Of a stretch of 64,000 nucleotides of DNA, positions 27,939 to 36,767 are shown piece by piece. The notes beneath the pieces are model-generated. The model was not told the DNA's origin. It did not search any database and worked only from the letters and a program-made list of their open reading frames with translations. Position 1 is the stretch's first letter. Each line of letters starts with the position of its first letter. The stretch is from Patescibacteria group bacterium (GTDB taxonomy: Bacteria; Patescibacteriota; Minisyncoccia; Phycocordibacterales; UBA1006): contig JAGQMP010000005.1 of the NCBI GenBank assembly GCA_020428585.1, positions 6,152-70,151 on the forward strand, given 5' to 3'. The translations under genes were made by a program, and so were the position numbers.

Positions 27939-28433
27939 TCAAAAAGATAGTTCAGCGATTTGTCTCTCTAAATCTTGAAGTTTCCCTCTATTGTGAATAA
28001 CAATCTTCGGCTCGATAATAGGCTCAAAACTGTCCTTAACCTTTAAGTATTGGTTGAAATCAGTTTTATTAATATCTTCCTTCCTCTCTAATATTCTTTG
28101 TTTAATTTGCTCATCACTAGGTCCCAAAACTTCAATAACAAAATATTTTTTCGACATACTCTTGGCTATGTCTAAAGCTCGATTTATATTTTTGCTAGAA
28201 GAGAATGTTGCATCTAAAATAACATTTTTGTTTTTTAAACTATTTTTTACTTCATTAAAAAATAAATCATAAACATGATCTATCTCCTCCTCTGAATAAG
28301 AAGGATTGGGGTACCACTTATTTCTAATTTCATTAGTTTGAAGAATAATCCCTCCAATTTTGTTATGAATAAGACGAGCAACGGTTGATTTTCCAACTGC
28401 AATATTTCCACAAACAAGAATTAACATATTCAA
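27939..28433 (-). CDS. P-loop NTPase / small-molecule kinase-like protein (AAA_33-like), in a low-GC island
   Basis: Walker A LVCGNIAVGKSTVARL. Length ~164 aa, typical of nucleotide/metabolite kinases. Confidence 0.5.
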   Translation of the reverse strand: MNMLILVCGNIAVGKSTVARLIHNKIGGIILQTNEIRNKWYPNPSYSEEEIDHVYDLFFNEVKNSLKNKNVILDATFSSSKNINRALDIAKSMSKKYFVIEVLGPSDEQIKQRILERKEDINKTDFNQYLKVKDSFEPIIEPKIVIHNRGKLQDLERQIAELSF

Positions 28434-28466
28434 ACTATACCAAAATATAAAAGAAAAATAGAATAA

Positions 28467-28495
28467 AAAACAAGAATCATTTCTTGTTTTTCGCT
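28467..28495 (-). terminator. Hairpin aaaacaagaa-tcat-ttcttgtttt overlapping the pyrG stop codon
   Basis: Perfect 10-bp stem. Confidence 0.5.
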
Positions 28496-30171
28496 GCCTT
28501 AATCAACCCCGTAAACAAAGGATGCGGGTCGAGGGGCCGTGCTTGCAGCTCCGGATGAAATTGAACGCCGACAAAGAACGGGTGGAGTTTCTGATCAAGC
28601 TCGACGATTTCGGTTAATACCCCATCAGGCGAGGTGCCTGATACATGGAAACCCTTCTCCTCGAACATCTTTTGGTATTCATTCCCGATTGTATTTAATT
28701 CATATCGGTGGCGGTGGCGTTCGCTGATTGCTGCCTTCTTGTATACCTTGCGGGCGAGGCTGCCGGGTTTCAAATTTGCGGTGTAAGATCCCAGACGCAT
28801 CGATCCGCCGTAGTCACCTTGTTTCAATTTTTCTTTCTGTTCCGACAGGATATCGATAACGGGATGATCGGTATCAGGATTCACCTCGGTCGTGTGGGCG
28901 CCTTTCAGTTTTAATACATTTCGCGCAAATTCCACCGATGCCATCTGCATACCAAGGCAAATACCAAGGAACGGAATCTTGTTCATCCTGACATATTCGA
29001 TAACCGCAAGTTTACCGTCGATGCCGGACGATCCAAACCCGCCCGGTACAATAACGCCGCCGTAATTATGTAATCGTTTTAAGTTCTTCTTTTTTTCGGT
29101 ACCTTCAAAATCTTGCGCCTGCAGCCAATCAATCTTAACACTGACACCTAGCTCGGCGCCCGAGAATTTCAACGCCTCGATCACCGATACATAAGCATCC
29201 GACAAGACAAAATCACCCGTGCCGAAATATTTACCGACGATGGCGATGCTGACCTCGCCTTGTGATTTCTTGGTTTTGTTCACAAAACGATTCCAGGCCT
29301 GGCGGTTTTTTATTCCTTTTTGGTTGCTGCGCGATTTTAGGGATAATTTACGAAGAAGTTTTTGATCAAGGTTTTCTGATACAAAATGTTCAGGAAGGTC
29401 GTAAATGCTACTAAGGTTGGGCGCTGAAATAATATCCTCATCATGCAGCATCGATGAAGTCGCAATTTTGCCGCGACGGCGATCATCCATAATACCAGGA
29501 CTGCGACCGACAATAATGTCTGGGAAGATTCCAGATTCCTGTAGAGTTCTAACGGCCTGCTGGGTTGGTTTAGTCTTCATTTCCCCTAGGGTGCCAGGTA
29601 CTGGCAGGTACGACACGAGGACAAAGGCAACATCCTGTGGCGACTGGCGTTTCATCATGCGGGCCGCCTCGAGGAAGAGGATATTTTCATACTCGCCCAC
29701 GGTACCGCCAATTTCGACGACGGTGATCTCGGCGTCTTCCTTGTCGGCTGACCGTTGTATCTGGTCGATCACGGCCAAGGGAACGTGTGGCACAACCGAT
29801 ACTGTTTTACCTCCGTAACCAAGCGAACGTTCACGGTTAATGACAGTTTGATAAATCGATCCTGTTGTCATATACGAATCACGGGTTAAGGATCGATTTA
29901 AAAATCGTTCGTAGTTTCCCATATCCTGATCAGTTTCATAGCCGTCTTCCAATACAAAGGTCTCACCGTGTTCGGTTGGGTTCATAGTACCAGCGTCGAC
30001 GTTCACATAAGGGTCGATCTTTACCGCCGATACCTCATAACCAGCGAATTGCAGAATCTTACCAATCGATGATGCGGTGATACCCTTCCCCACGCCACTC
30101 ATCACGCCACCTACGACAAAGATGTATTTTCTCGTCTTCTTTTTTTGTGTTTTCTTTTTCATAGGTCTCAT
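28477..30171 (-). CDS. pyrG: CTP synthase
   Basis: N-terminal synthetase domain YIFVVGGVMSGVGKGITASSIGKIL. C-terminal glutamine amidotransferase GICLGMQ ... HPE. Confidence 0.95.
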   Translation of the reverse strand: MRPMKKKTQKKKTRKYIFVVGGVMSGVGKGITASSIGKILQFAGYEVSAVKIDPYVNVDAGTMNPTEHGETFVLEDGYETDQDMGNYERFLNRSLTRDSYMTTGSIYQTVINRERSLGYGGKTVSVVPHVPLAVIDQIQRSADKEDAEITVVEIGGTVGEYENILFLEAARMMKRQSPQDVAFVLVSYLPVPGTLGEMKTKPTQQAVRTLQESGIFPDIIVGRSPGIMDDRRRGKIATSSMLHDEDIISAPNLSSIYDLPEHFVSENLDQKLLRKLSLKSRSNQKGIKNRQAWNRFVNKTKKSQGEVSIAIVGKYFGTGDFVLSDAYVSVIEALKFSGAELGVSVKIDWLQAQDFEGTEKKKNLKRLHNYGGVIVPGGFGSSGIDGKLAVIEYVRMNKIPFLGICLGMQMASVEFARNVLKLKGAHTTEVNPDTDHPVIDILSEQKEKLKQGDYGGSMRLGSYTANLKPGSLARKVYKKAAISERHRHRYELNTIGNEYQKMFEEKGFHVSGTSPDGVLTEIVELDQKLHPFFVGVQFHPELQARPLDPHPLFTGLIKAAKNKK

Positions 30172-30214
30172 GTTCCTGGATCCCCGCCTGCGCGAGGATG
30201 ACCAAAGTGTTCCA

Positions 30215-30262
30215 AAAGAAAACCGAGGTCGTGAAAAACCTCGGTTTAATCGTTAACTGATC
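30215..30262 (-). promoter_or_regulatory. Leader terminator-like hairpin (aaaccgagg-N11-cctcggttt + U-run) between a TATAAT box (~30283-30288) and the pyrG start. Candidate attenuator.
   Basis: Minus strand reads gTTATAATgattttt...aaaccgaggtttttcacgacctcggttttcttttgg...ATG. Confidence 0.4.
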
Positions 30263-30327
30263 GTATTGTCAGTTGTTCTCTCATAAAAATCATTATAACA
30301 AAAAATAAAAAGCACACCAAATGGGTG

Positions 30328-31092
30328 CTATTTCTGTAAATGATCCTTAATTCCCTTCACCGCTTCGAGAACTTCAATTGGCAGCATCCAGATCGTCGTG
30401 TTTGATTGGTCTGACGAGAGGTCATTCACCGCCTGGAGGGTTCGCAAATGCATTGCCCCTGGGGTCGAATTCAAGGTTCGGGCGGCCTCGGCGAGGTTTG
30501 ATGCCGCCTCGCGATCACCCTGGGCCTTGATGATAACGGCACGTTTTTCACGTTCGGCTTCAGCTTCTTTTGAGATCGTCCTCTTGAGATCATCCGGAAT
30601 AATGACATCTTTGAGTTCAAGAAGTTCAACATCAATACCCCAAGGATCGGTTTTCAGGTCGAGGTCGACCTTGATCATCTCGGCAATCTCGTTTCGTTTC
30701 TGAAGGAGCTCGTCAAGCGTTCGTTCACCCACCGCGTTACGCATCGTCGTTTGGGCTAATTGGGACACTGCGTAGCGGAAATCTTCAACTTCGATGATTG
30801 ATTTCGGAGCGTCTTTGATTTTGTAGTACACGACCGCGTTAATCTGGACGGGAATGTTATCGCGGGTGATGACTTCCTGGTTCGGAACATCAACGGTCTT
30901 GGTCCTGATGTCGACCTTGTACAGTTTTTGAACAATCGGGATAATCGGTCGCCAGCCTGGCATCCTGGTTCCAGTAAACCGTCCGAGAGTAAAGACCACG
31001 CCACGCTGATACTGGTTAATCTGCTTGATAATCGAGAAAAACAGGATGATACCTGCGATGATGATGTACCACATATACGCATATAGTAGCAC
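30328..31092 (-). CDS. SPFH/band-7 (stomatin/prohibitin-like) membrane protein
   Basis: N-terminal TM. RGVVFTLGRF...VDIRTKTVDVPNQEVITRDNIPVQINAVVYYKI, typical of the SPFH domain. Confidence 0.8.
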   Translation of the reverse strand: MLLYAYMWYIIIAGIILFFSIIKQINQYQRGVVFTLGRFTGTRMPGWRPIIPIVQKLYKVDIRTKTVDVPNQEVITRDNIPVQINAVVYYKIKDAPKSIIEVEDFRYAVSQLAQTTMRNAVGERTLDELLQKRNEIAEMIKVDLDLKTDPWGIDVELLELKDVIIPDDLKRTISKEAEAEREKRAVIIKAQGDREAASNLAEAARTLNSTPGAMHLRTLQAVNDLSSDQSNTTIWMLPIEVLEAVKGIKDHLQK

Positions 31093-31128
31093 GTTTTTCT
31101 TTACCCTGCCTGGTGTATACTTGGTAGC

Positions 31129-32586
31129 ATGACGACTGACTTAAGTGGGATCTACGACCTGATGCGGACCAAGCCAAACCGTTGGGAGAAGAACCTCCTT
31201 GAAAAAGCTTACCAGGTAGCCAAAGACGCACACGAACCGCAAAAACGATCATCTGGTGAACCATATTTTAATCATGTGTTTGCAACCGCTCGAAACCTAG
31301 CTGAATTCGGTCTTGACGCTACCACCATTGCGGCGGGATTTTTACACGATGTTATCGAAGACACGCCCGTAACCGAAGAAGAGATCAAGGAACAGTTTGG
31401 AGACGAAATCGTGTTTTTGGTGAATGGAGTCACCAAATTGGGAAAGCTCAAGTACCGCGGCCGCGAACGTCACGTTGAATCCCTGCGTAAATTCTTTATT
31501 GCAACGGCCGAAGATTTTCGCGTGGTGATCATTAAACTAGCGGATCGCCTGCACAACGTACAGACCCTTGAATTCGTAAAACCAGAGAAACGAAAGCGTA
31601 TTGCATTGGAAACGATCGAGATCTACGCTCCCCTTGCCTATCGTTTGGGAATGGGACGTCTGGTTGGAGAATTACAGGATGCGTCCTTCCCCTTTGCCTA
31701 TCCTGACGAGTATGAAATGGTCGCGAGCCTCTTAAGACAAAAGAAAAAACTGAATGAAAAATACCTCGAGAAGGTCTGGCGTAACCTCAAGACCGAAATG
31801 GCGAAACATGGGATCAAAGACATCACGACCCACCAACGGGTAAAGGGTCGCTATAGTTTATGGAAAAAACTACAGCGTAAAAACATGGATATCGAACAAA
31901 TATACGATATTGTGGCTCTGCGCGTGATTGTACCGACGGTGGATGATTGTTATCGCGTCCTCGGAATTATCCATTCGACCTGGCGACCTTTGCCTGGCCG
32001 TATCAAAGACTACATCGCCCTCCCAAAGGTGAACGGATATCAGTCCCTTCACACCACTATCTTTACTGGCGACGGTGGTATTGCCGAGATTCAAATTAGA
32101 ACCCCTGAAATGCATGAATTTGCCGAGTACGGTTTCGCAGCTCACCACGTGTACAAGAGTCGTGGTTCAACGGTCGCCGATAAACATTCCTTATCATGGT
32201 TATCAGAATTAAAAAATCTACAAGAAGACAGCGATCAGAAAAAAGACTTTTTGAAGGAATTAAAGACCGACCTCTTTAGCGATCGTATTTTCGTCTTTAC
32301 CCCACAGGGGGACGTCCTTGACCTGCCCGAGGGCGCATCAGCGATCGACTTTGCCTACACCATCCACAGCGAGATTGGTAATGCGGCCCAAGCAGCCACC
32401 ATCAATGGTAAAAATGCGGCCTTGAAAACAGTTCTCCATAGTGGCGACATCGTAGAAATTCAAACCAATAAAAAAGGTACCCCGTCGAGCAAGTGGCTAG
32501 GCTACGTCAAGACCGGTATCGCCAAGAAACACATTGAACGATATCTGAAAGAACATAGTTTGTGGAATAAATTCTTTAATAAATAA
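31129..32586 (+). CDS. rel: Short bifunctional (p)ppGpp synthetase/hydrolase, RelA/SpoT homolog (HD + synthetase + TGS; no ACT domain)
   Basis: HD motif FLHDVIEDT. Synthetase block RVKGRYSLWKKLQRK...DIVALRVIV. TGS IFVFTPQGDVLDLPEGASAIDFAYTIHSEIG. Confidence 0.85.
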   Translation: MTTDLSGIYDLMRTKPNRWEKNLLEKAYQVAKDAHEPQKRSSGEPYFNHVFATARNLAEFGLDATTIAAGFLHDVIEDTPVTEEEIKEQFGDEIVFLVNGVTKLGKLKYRGRERHVESLRKFFIATAEDFRVVIIKLADRLHNVQTLEFVKPEKRKRIALETIEIYAPLAYRLGMGRLVGELQDASFPFAYPDEYEMVASLLRQKKKLNEKYLEKVWRNLKTEMAKHGIKDITTHQRVKGRYSLWKKLQRKNMDIEQIYDIVALRVIVPTVDDCYRVLGIIHSTWRPLPGRIKDYIALPKVNGYQSLHTTIFTGDGGIAEIQIRTPEMHEFAEYGFAAHHVYKSRGSTVADKHSLSWLSELKNLQEDSDQKKDFLKELKTDLFSDRIFVFTPQGDVLDLPEGASAIDFAYTIHSEIGNAAQAATINGKNAALKTVLHSGDIVEIQTNKKGTPSSKWLGYVKTGIAKKHIERYLKEHSLWNKFFNK

Positions 32587-32603
32587 AACACCCTTGTGGT
32601 GTT

Positions 32604-33239
32604 TTATTTTAAGAAATATTTTGTATAACCCATATCGACAAGTTTTTGCCAGGCATCGAGCACCTCATCAGGAACATCTTGTTCTATCTGAAAACCAAGT
32701 TTTGGATACTCAACAATTCTCTGGAGATCGCCGACCATCAGATTAGTAAACTTTTCTTTAAAAGATCTATCTTGAGAATAATCTTCATAGGAAATAGCCG
32801 GCGAAGTAACGAAAATTCTGGGCTCAGGCCATTGCTTTTTAAAGGTTGCATAGGTTCGACGCTCCATATAAGGCTTTTGAACAAGAATAAAAGAATTGAA
32901 ATCAAAATTGAGATTTTTTAACAACTCTTTGGTAAAGGTAATATTTTCACCTGTATTCGAGGCTTTCTTCTCTAAAATAATTTTGTCCTCTGGGACACCT
33001 TTTCTGACTAAAATATCCCTAAATTTTTCAGCTTCACTTAAATCAAAATCCTTAATTTTACCAACCCCGCCAGAACAAATTACATACGGCGCAAATCCCT
33101 GATGATAAAGTTCTGCAGCTCTTTTTGGTGTACGCAAATCGGTAGATCCTAATGCAAAAATCGCATCCACTTTCTCTAATTTATGATGTAATAACATATA
33201 GTCCCAAATAATTTTTGCGTAGTGATCTACATCCTTCAT
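32604..33239 (-). CDS. DUF218 / YdcF-like (ElyC/SanA family) protein
   Basis: LGSTDLRTPKRAAELYHQGFAPYVICSGGVG. The start is placed at the internal MKDVDH because the ORF track's N-terminal 79 aa are an out-of-frame overlap with parB. Confidence 0.65.
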   Translation of the reverse strand: MKDVDHYAKIIWDYMLLHHKLEKVDAIFALGSTDLRTPKRAAELYHQGFAPYVICSGGVGKIKDFDLSEAEKFRDILVRKGVPEDKIILEKKASNTGENITFTKELLKNLNFDFNSFILVQKPYMERRTYATFKKQWPEPRIFVTSPAISYEDYSQDRSFKEKFTNLMVGDLQRIVEYPKLGFQIEQDVPDEVLDAWQKLVDMGYTKYFLK

Positions 33240-33274
33240 GATCTTAGTATAACAAAAACCAGCCAAAGCTGATT

Positions 33275-34606
33275 TTATCCAAACAATCGCCCAAAGATTC
33301 CCTTCCTTTCTGGCGGCCGACCGTAATGAACATTTTGCGGTGGATACTGACGACGAGGATCTGGTTGGTAGTAAGGTACATCTTGCCGAACTTGGTTTTG
33401 ATAACCAGGTTGCGGGTAGGTTGGTTCGGGGCGTGGCGGCTCTTGCTTCGCCGGTTCGTCCTCTGGAATCACCCATTCGTCAGACGCAGAGTCGTTTTCA
33501 TGACGCATCTCTTCTTTCTCGTATTCTGGCCCTGAATTAGGTTCGTTATCGTCCCGTATGTCAGACAGGTTGGGATCAGGTTGGATTTCAGGAACTCTGA
33601 CATCTTCTTTAACTTCTTCGAAGATTTCGATATCTTCAATCACCTCTTCGGCCCGAGGTTCAGGATCATATGAATCTTCTTCTTGCGGTGCCTTGGCGAC
33701 AAGTGGTGTGGTCGAGGTGATGACCTCGCTCGCGCTTGGTCTTCCTTTCAGGTAGGAATCCATCATACTGTTCTCGCGTTCAACCTTTTGCATCGAGGCT
33801 AAAATGGTCTCGAGGTCTTTGATCGTAAAGTAATCAATGGTGATTTGCCCTCCGTTTTCTTTGGGTTCGATGTGAACCCGAGTGCCAAGGTTCTCGGACA
33901 GTTGTTTCTCGTAATTACGAATCGCGGGATCCACGACGAACTCTTTTTTACGGACGCGGTCTTGGGCGATTTTACGCGCGACCTTTTCAGCATCACGAAC
34001 CGATAACTTTTTGACCATGATCTCTTTGTACAAGGTATTTTGCTCGTCAGGACGATCAGTCAACATGAGAAGCGGCCTCGTGTGGCCTTCGGTAATACGT
34101 CCGTCCATGAGGCCTCTTTTGATATCGTCGGGCAGGGACAGGAGGCGTAGCGTGTTTGATACGTAGACACGGCTCTTTCCCATTCTCTTTCCAATTTCAA
34201 CATGGGTGAGGCCGAACTCTTTGTAGAGTTGTTCAAAGGCGAGTGCACGGTCAATCGGATTGAGGTCTTCACGTTGAAGGTTTTCAATGATAGCGAGTTC
34301 CAGCTTTACCTTGTCGTCAGTTTCGCGCCTGATGATGACGGGTACCTGGGCGAGGCCAGCAATTTTTGACGCGCGCAATCGTCGTTCTCCGGCGATCAAT
34401 TCATAACTGACGTCCATACCGTTACCGTCGGGTCGTAATTCTTCTTTTCGGGTCACGACGAGTGGTTGCAAGACGCCATACTGACGAATTGAATCAGCGA
34501 GGTCTTCTAGGGCCTTTGGTTCAAAGTCACGACGCGGTTGGAAGGGGTTTGGGTTTACCTTTTCGGTCTCGACCCAAAAGATTGAGTTGTTTTGATACTC
34601 TGACAT
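33275..34606 (-). CDS. parB: ParB/Spo0J chromosome partitioning protein with a ~150-aa acidic and P/Q/Y-rich C-terminal extension
   Basis: ParB box VLQPLVVTRK...LIAGERRLRASKIAGLAQVPVIIR; HTH region. C-terminal PEPTYPQPGYQNQVRQDVPYYQPDPRRQYPPQNVHYGRPPE. Confidence 0.85.
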   Translation of the reverse strand: MSEYQNNSIFWVETEKVNPNPFQPRRDFEPKALEDLADSIRQYGVLQPLVVTRKEELRPDGNGMDVSYELIAGERRLRASKIAGLAQVPVIIRRETDDKVKLELAIIENLQREDLNPIDRALAFEQLYKEFGLTHVEIGKRMGKSRVYVSNTLRLLSLPDDIKRGLMDGRITEGHTRPLLMLTDRPDEQNTLYKEIMVKKLSVRDAEKVARKIAQDRVRKKEFVVDPAIRNYEKQLSENLGTRVHIEPKENGGQITIDYFTIKDLETILASMQKVERENSMMDSYLKGRPSASEVITSTTPLVAKAPQEEDSYDPEPRAEEVIEDIEIFEEVKEDVRVPEIQPDPNLSDIRDDNEPNSGPEYEKEEMRHENDSASDEWVIPEDEPAKQEPPRPEPTYPQPGYQNQVRQDVPYYQPDPRRQYPPQNVHYGRPPERKGIFGRLFG

Positions 34607-34736
34607 GGTAAAAAACTACGTGAATTATGAGGTTATTGTACCATAATAGAAGGTGGCATGAAAAAGATTAGATTCCTTGCCGATGCGCAGCCTTTTTAGT
34701 AGTATCAACCTGTTGCCAAAGAAATGATTGGCATGA

Positions 34737-34821
34737 GCCGGAGTGGCGGAATTGGTAGACGCGTGCGACTCAAAATCGCATGTCTTCGGGCGTGTGGGTT
34801 CAAGTCCCACCTCCGGCACAA
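34737..34821 (+). tRNA. tRNA-Leu (anticodon CAA) with long variable arm
   Basis: Acceptor GCCGGAG/CTCCGGC. D-arm TGGCGGAATTGGTAGACGCG. Anticodon loop CTCAAAA. Long variable stem tgtcttcgggcgtgtg. T-arm GGTTCAAGTCCCAC. Confidence 0.85.
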
Positions 34822-34823
34822 AA

Positions 34824-34853
34824 ATCTCTTTAATTAAAAGGAGATTTTTTGAC
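34824..34853 (+). terminator. Hairpin aaatctc-tttaattaaaag-gagattt + T-run after tRNA-Leu
   Basis: Read directly from the sequence. Confidence 0.5.
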
Positions 34854-35035
34854 GGAGAAAAATGTCCCTGCGGACATTTTGTGTGGGACTTGAAAAGCGC
34901 AGGTATATGTTTGTTTGAATCCACCGAAGGTGGATGAAAGGCAAACATACCGAGCTGGGGTCGCGAAAAATTTCCGTCAGGAAATTTATTTGTGACCAAG
35001 TCCCTGTCTTGAATTACTGATATAATGAAGAAGGT

Positions 35036-35506
35036 ATGTACTCCCTTAGATTAGTTAAAAAAGATGATCTCGAAACACTGTCAAAAATCTTCTCAGATTC
35101 TTTTACGAATATATCTCCTGATAAACCATGGGAACAAAAATATGCTCTCGAATATCTAAAATATTGGTTTGAAAAACAACCAGATATGTTCCTCTGTGCT
35201 TGTGATGATAATGATAATCTAGTCGGGGCCATTGCGACCAACATAAAACCTTGGAGGACGGGAATGCGTTGTACCGATGGGGTCGTCTTTGTCGATATTA
35301 ATTTTCAAAAGAGAGGAATCGCCACTCTATTACTTAAAGAGATTATCAGCAAGGCAAAGGATAAATACGGGGTCGAAATATTCGAAGCTATCACTTTTTC
35401 TGAGAAAGAATTTCCTTTGACCTGGTATGAAAAAATAGGCTTATCAGTGGACAAGGGTGCTGTCGTGATTAAGGGAAACTGTAAAGATCTTCTAGAAAAA
35501 CTTTAG
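35036..35506 (+). CDS. GNAT family N-acetyltransferase
   Basis: Acetyl-CoA-binding motif VFVDINFQKRGIATLLLKEII. Confidence 0.7.
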   Translation: MYSLRLVKKDDLETLSKIFSDSFTNISPDKPWEQKYALEYLKYWFEKQPDMFLCACDDNDNLVGAIATNIKPWRTGMRCTDGVVFVDINFQKRGIATLLLKEIISKAKDKYGVEIFEAITFSEKEFPLTWYEKIGLSVDKGAVVIKGNCKDLLEKL

Positions 35507-35605
35507 AAATAATATTTAGTCCCTTCCCTTTTCCCCTCAGAGAGGAGTATACTGATACCTAGTAGCCTCTTTGCTACGATTGTTAGGCATTTAATCTTAC
35601 AAACT

Positions 35606-36079
35606 ATGTACGAAACAGAATTCTCGGGTGGTATCGCTATCCTCTATTTGGTTGTCATCGTCGTTACGATCGCTGGCATGTGGCGCGTGTTCCAAAAAGC
35701 AGGCCGCAAAGGATGGGAGGCGATCATCCCCATCTATAACCTCTTTATTATTCAAAAAATCATCGGCAAGCCGTGGTACTGGGTGATCCTCATGATGATT
35801 CCTTACATTGGCATTATCTGGACCATTTGGTCAACCAACCTCATGTCAAAGTCATTCGGCAAGAGTGAAGGCTTTACGATCGGTATGATCATCCTGCCGT
35901 TTATCTTTTATCCGATCCTTGGTTTTGGTAAGGCACAGTACCAAGGAGCGATGGGATCAAAAGATATGGATATGGATCCTTCGACAAACTCAGGACAAGG
36001 AATGGCGGAAAACTCATCATGGCCGAGCGATGATAACGCTGATATGAATGACCGTAGGGACGAAATCGATAATGGGTAA
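35606..36079 (+). CDS. Small multi-pass membrane protein (DUF5684-like)
   Basis: Three or four hydrophobic segments. WRVFQKAGRKGWEAIIPIYNLF is typical of this family. Confidence 0.5.
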   Translation: MYETEFSGGIAILYLVVIVVTIAGMWRVFQKAGRKGWEAIIPIYNLFIIQKIIGKPWYWVILMMIPYIGIIWTIWSTNLMSKSFGKSEGFTIGMIILPFIFYPILGFGKAQYQGAMGSKDMDMDPSTNSGQGMAENSSWPSDDNADMNDRRDEIDNG

Positions 36080-36081
36080 GA

Positions 36082-36110
36082 AAAAAGCAGCCTGGGTGGC
36101 TGCTTTATTT
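36082..36110 (+). terminator. Intrinsic terminator aagcagcc-tgggt-ggctgctt + T-run
   Basis: Read directly from the sequence. Confidence 0.7.
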
Positions 36111-36692
36111 TGGTACGTAAATTTTTTTAAATTGGTAAATTTCAAGTTCCTTTTTAGAATTAAGATGAATACCATTATTGGATTCTGATTCATCAATACC
36201 ATTACTTCCAATCATCAGAGTATTGTAAACAAAAGGTTCTAAATGTACACCATAGATACCTCTAATCCTTCTACAAAGTAATTCTCTAGTAGGTAAAGGT
36301 AGTTCAAAGATCTGAACAATACTATAACGATAATAGATTGAATCATTGCGTCCACTAGGATAACTCTTTTTTAATAAGAAGAAATCACGAGTGGGTAAAA
36401 ATATAGGATGGAAGTCATTATTAAGCCAAGACCTAAAAACTATATGAGCATAATAATTAATTTCATTCAGTTCCAAAGATCTATTAAGAAAAAAATAGTT
36501 GCCTAATCCAACAAGTGGAATTTTTTGATTCATTTTCTTTTTCATCACAATGACGTCCTCTATATCCTCGTCAACAACATATTGGTAATTTTGAAATAGA
36601 AATTCTTGTACAGGATCAGTGAGATAATCTATCTCATATAAAACCATACCGGGAAATCTATTATCTGCAGCAGCAAGTTTTGTTTTAATCAT
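36105..36692 (-). CDS. Hypothetical protein in a low-GC island
   Basis: 195-aa ORF, AT-rich. No motif recognised. Confidence 0.35.
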   Translation of the reverse strand: MIKTKLAAADNRFPGMVLYEIDYLTDPVQEFLFQNYQYVVDEDIEDVIVMKKKMNQKIPLVGLGNYFFLNRSLELNEINYYAHIVFRSWLNNDFHPIFLPTRDFFLLKKSYPSGRNDSIYYRYSIVQIFELPLPTRELLCRRIRGIYGVHLEPFVYNTLMIGSNGIDESESNNGIHLNSKKELEIYQFKKIYVPK

Positions 36693-36767
36693 TATATGTT
36701 TTTTATATTTTCCAATATTCTACAACATTCGCAAAAAATAAAAAGCCTTGCGGCTTGTTATTTAAAT

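Noticed and set aside
32604-33476. Full 290-aa ORF for the YdcF-like gene, with an N-terminal 79-aa R/S/T-rich extension
   Set aside because: The extension is an out-of-frame overlap with the parB C-terminus. The internal ATG at 33239 gives a normal YdcF-like N-terminus.
34900-34960. Long bulged hairpin with a ccacc-gaa-ggtgg tip, as a candidate SRP (4.5S) RNA
   Set aside because: It lacks the conserved GGAA/GNRA tetraloop and the AGGUCCGG / AAGGCAG domain-IV signature on by-eye comparison. Kept only as a generic structured-RNA candidate.
34625-34999. 124-aa minus-strand ORF
   Set aside because: It overlaps the tRNA-Leu gene and the hairpin-rich spacer. Its translation has no features of a real protein.
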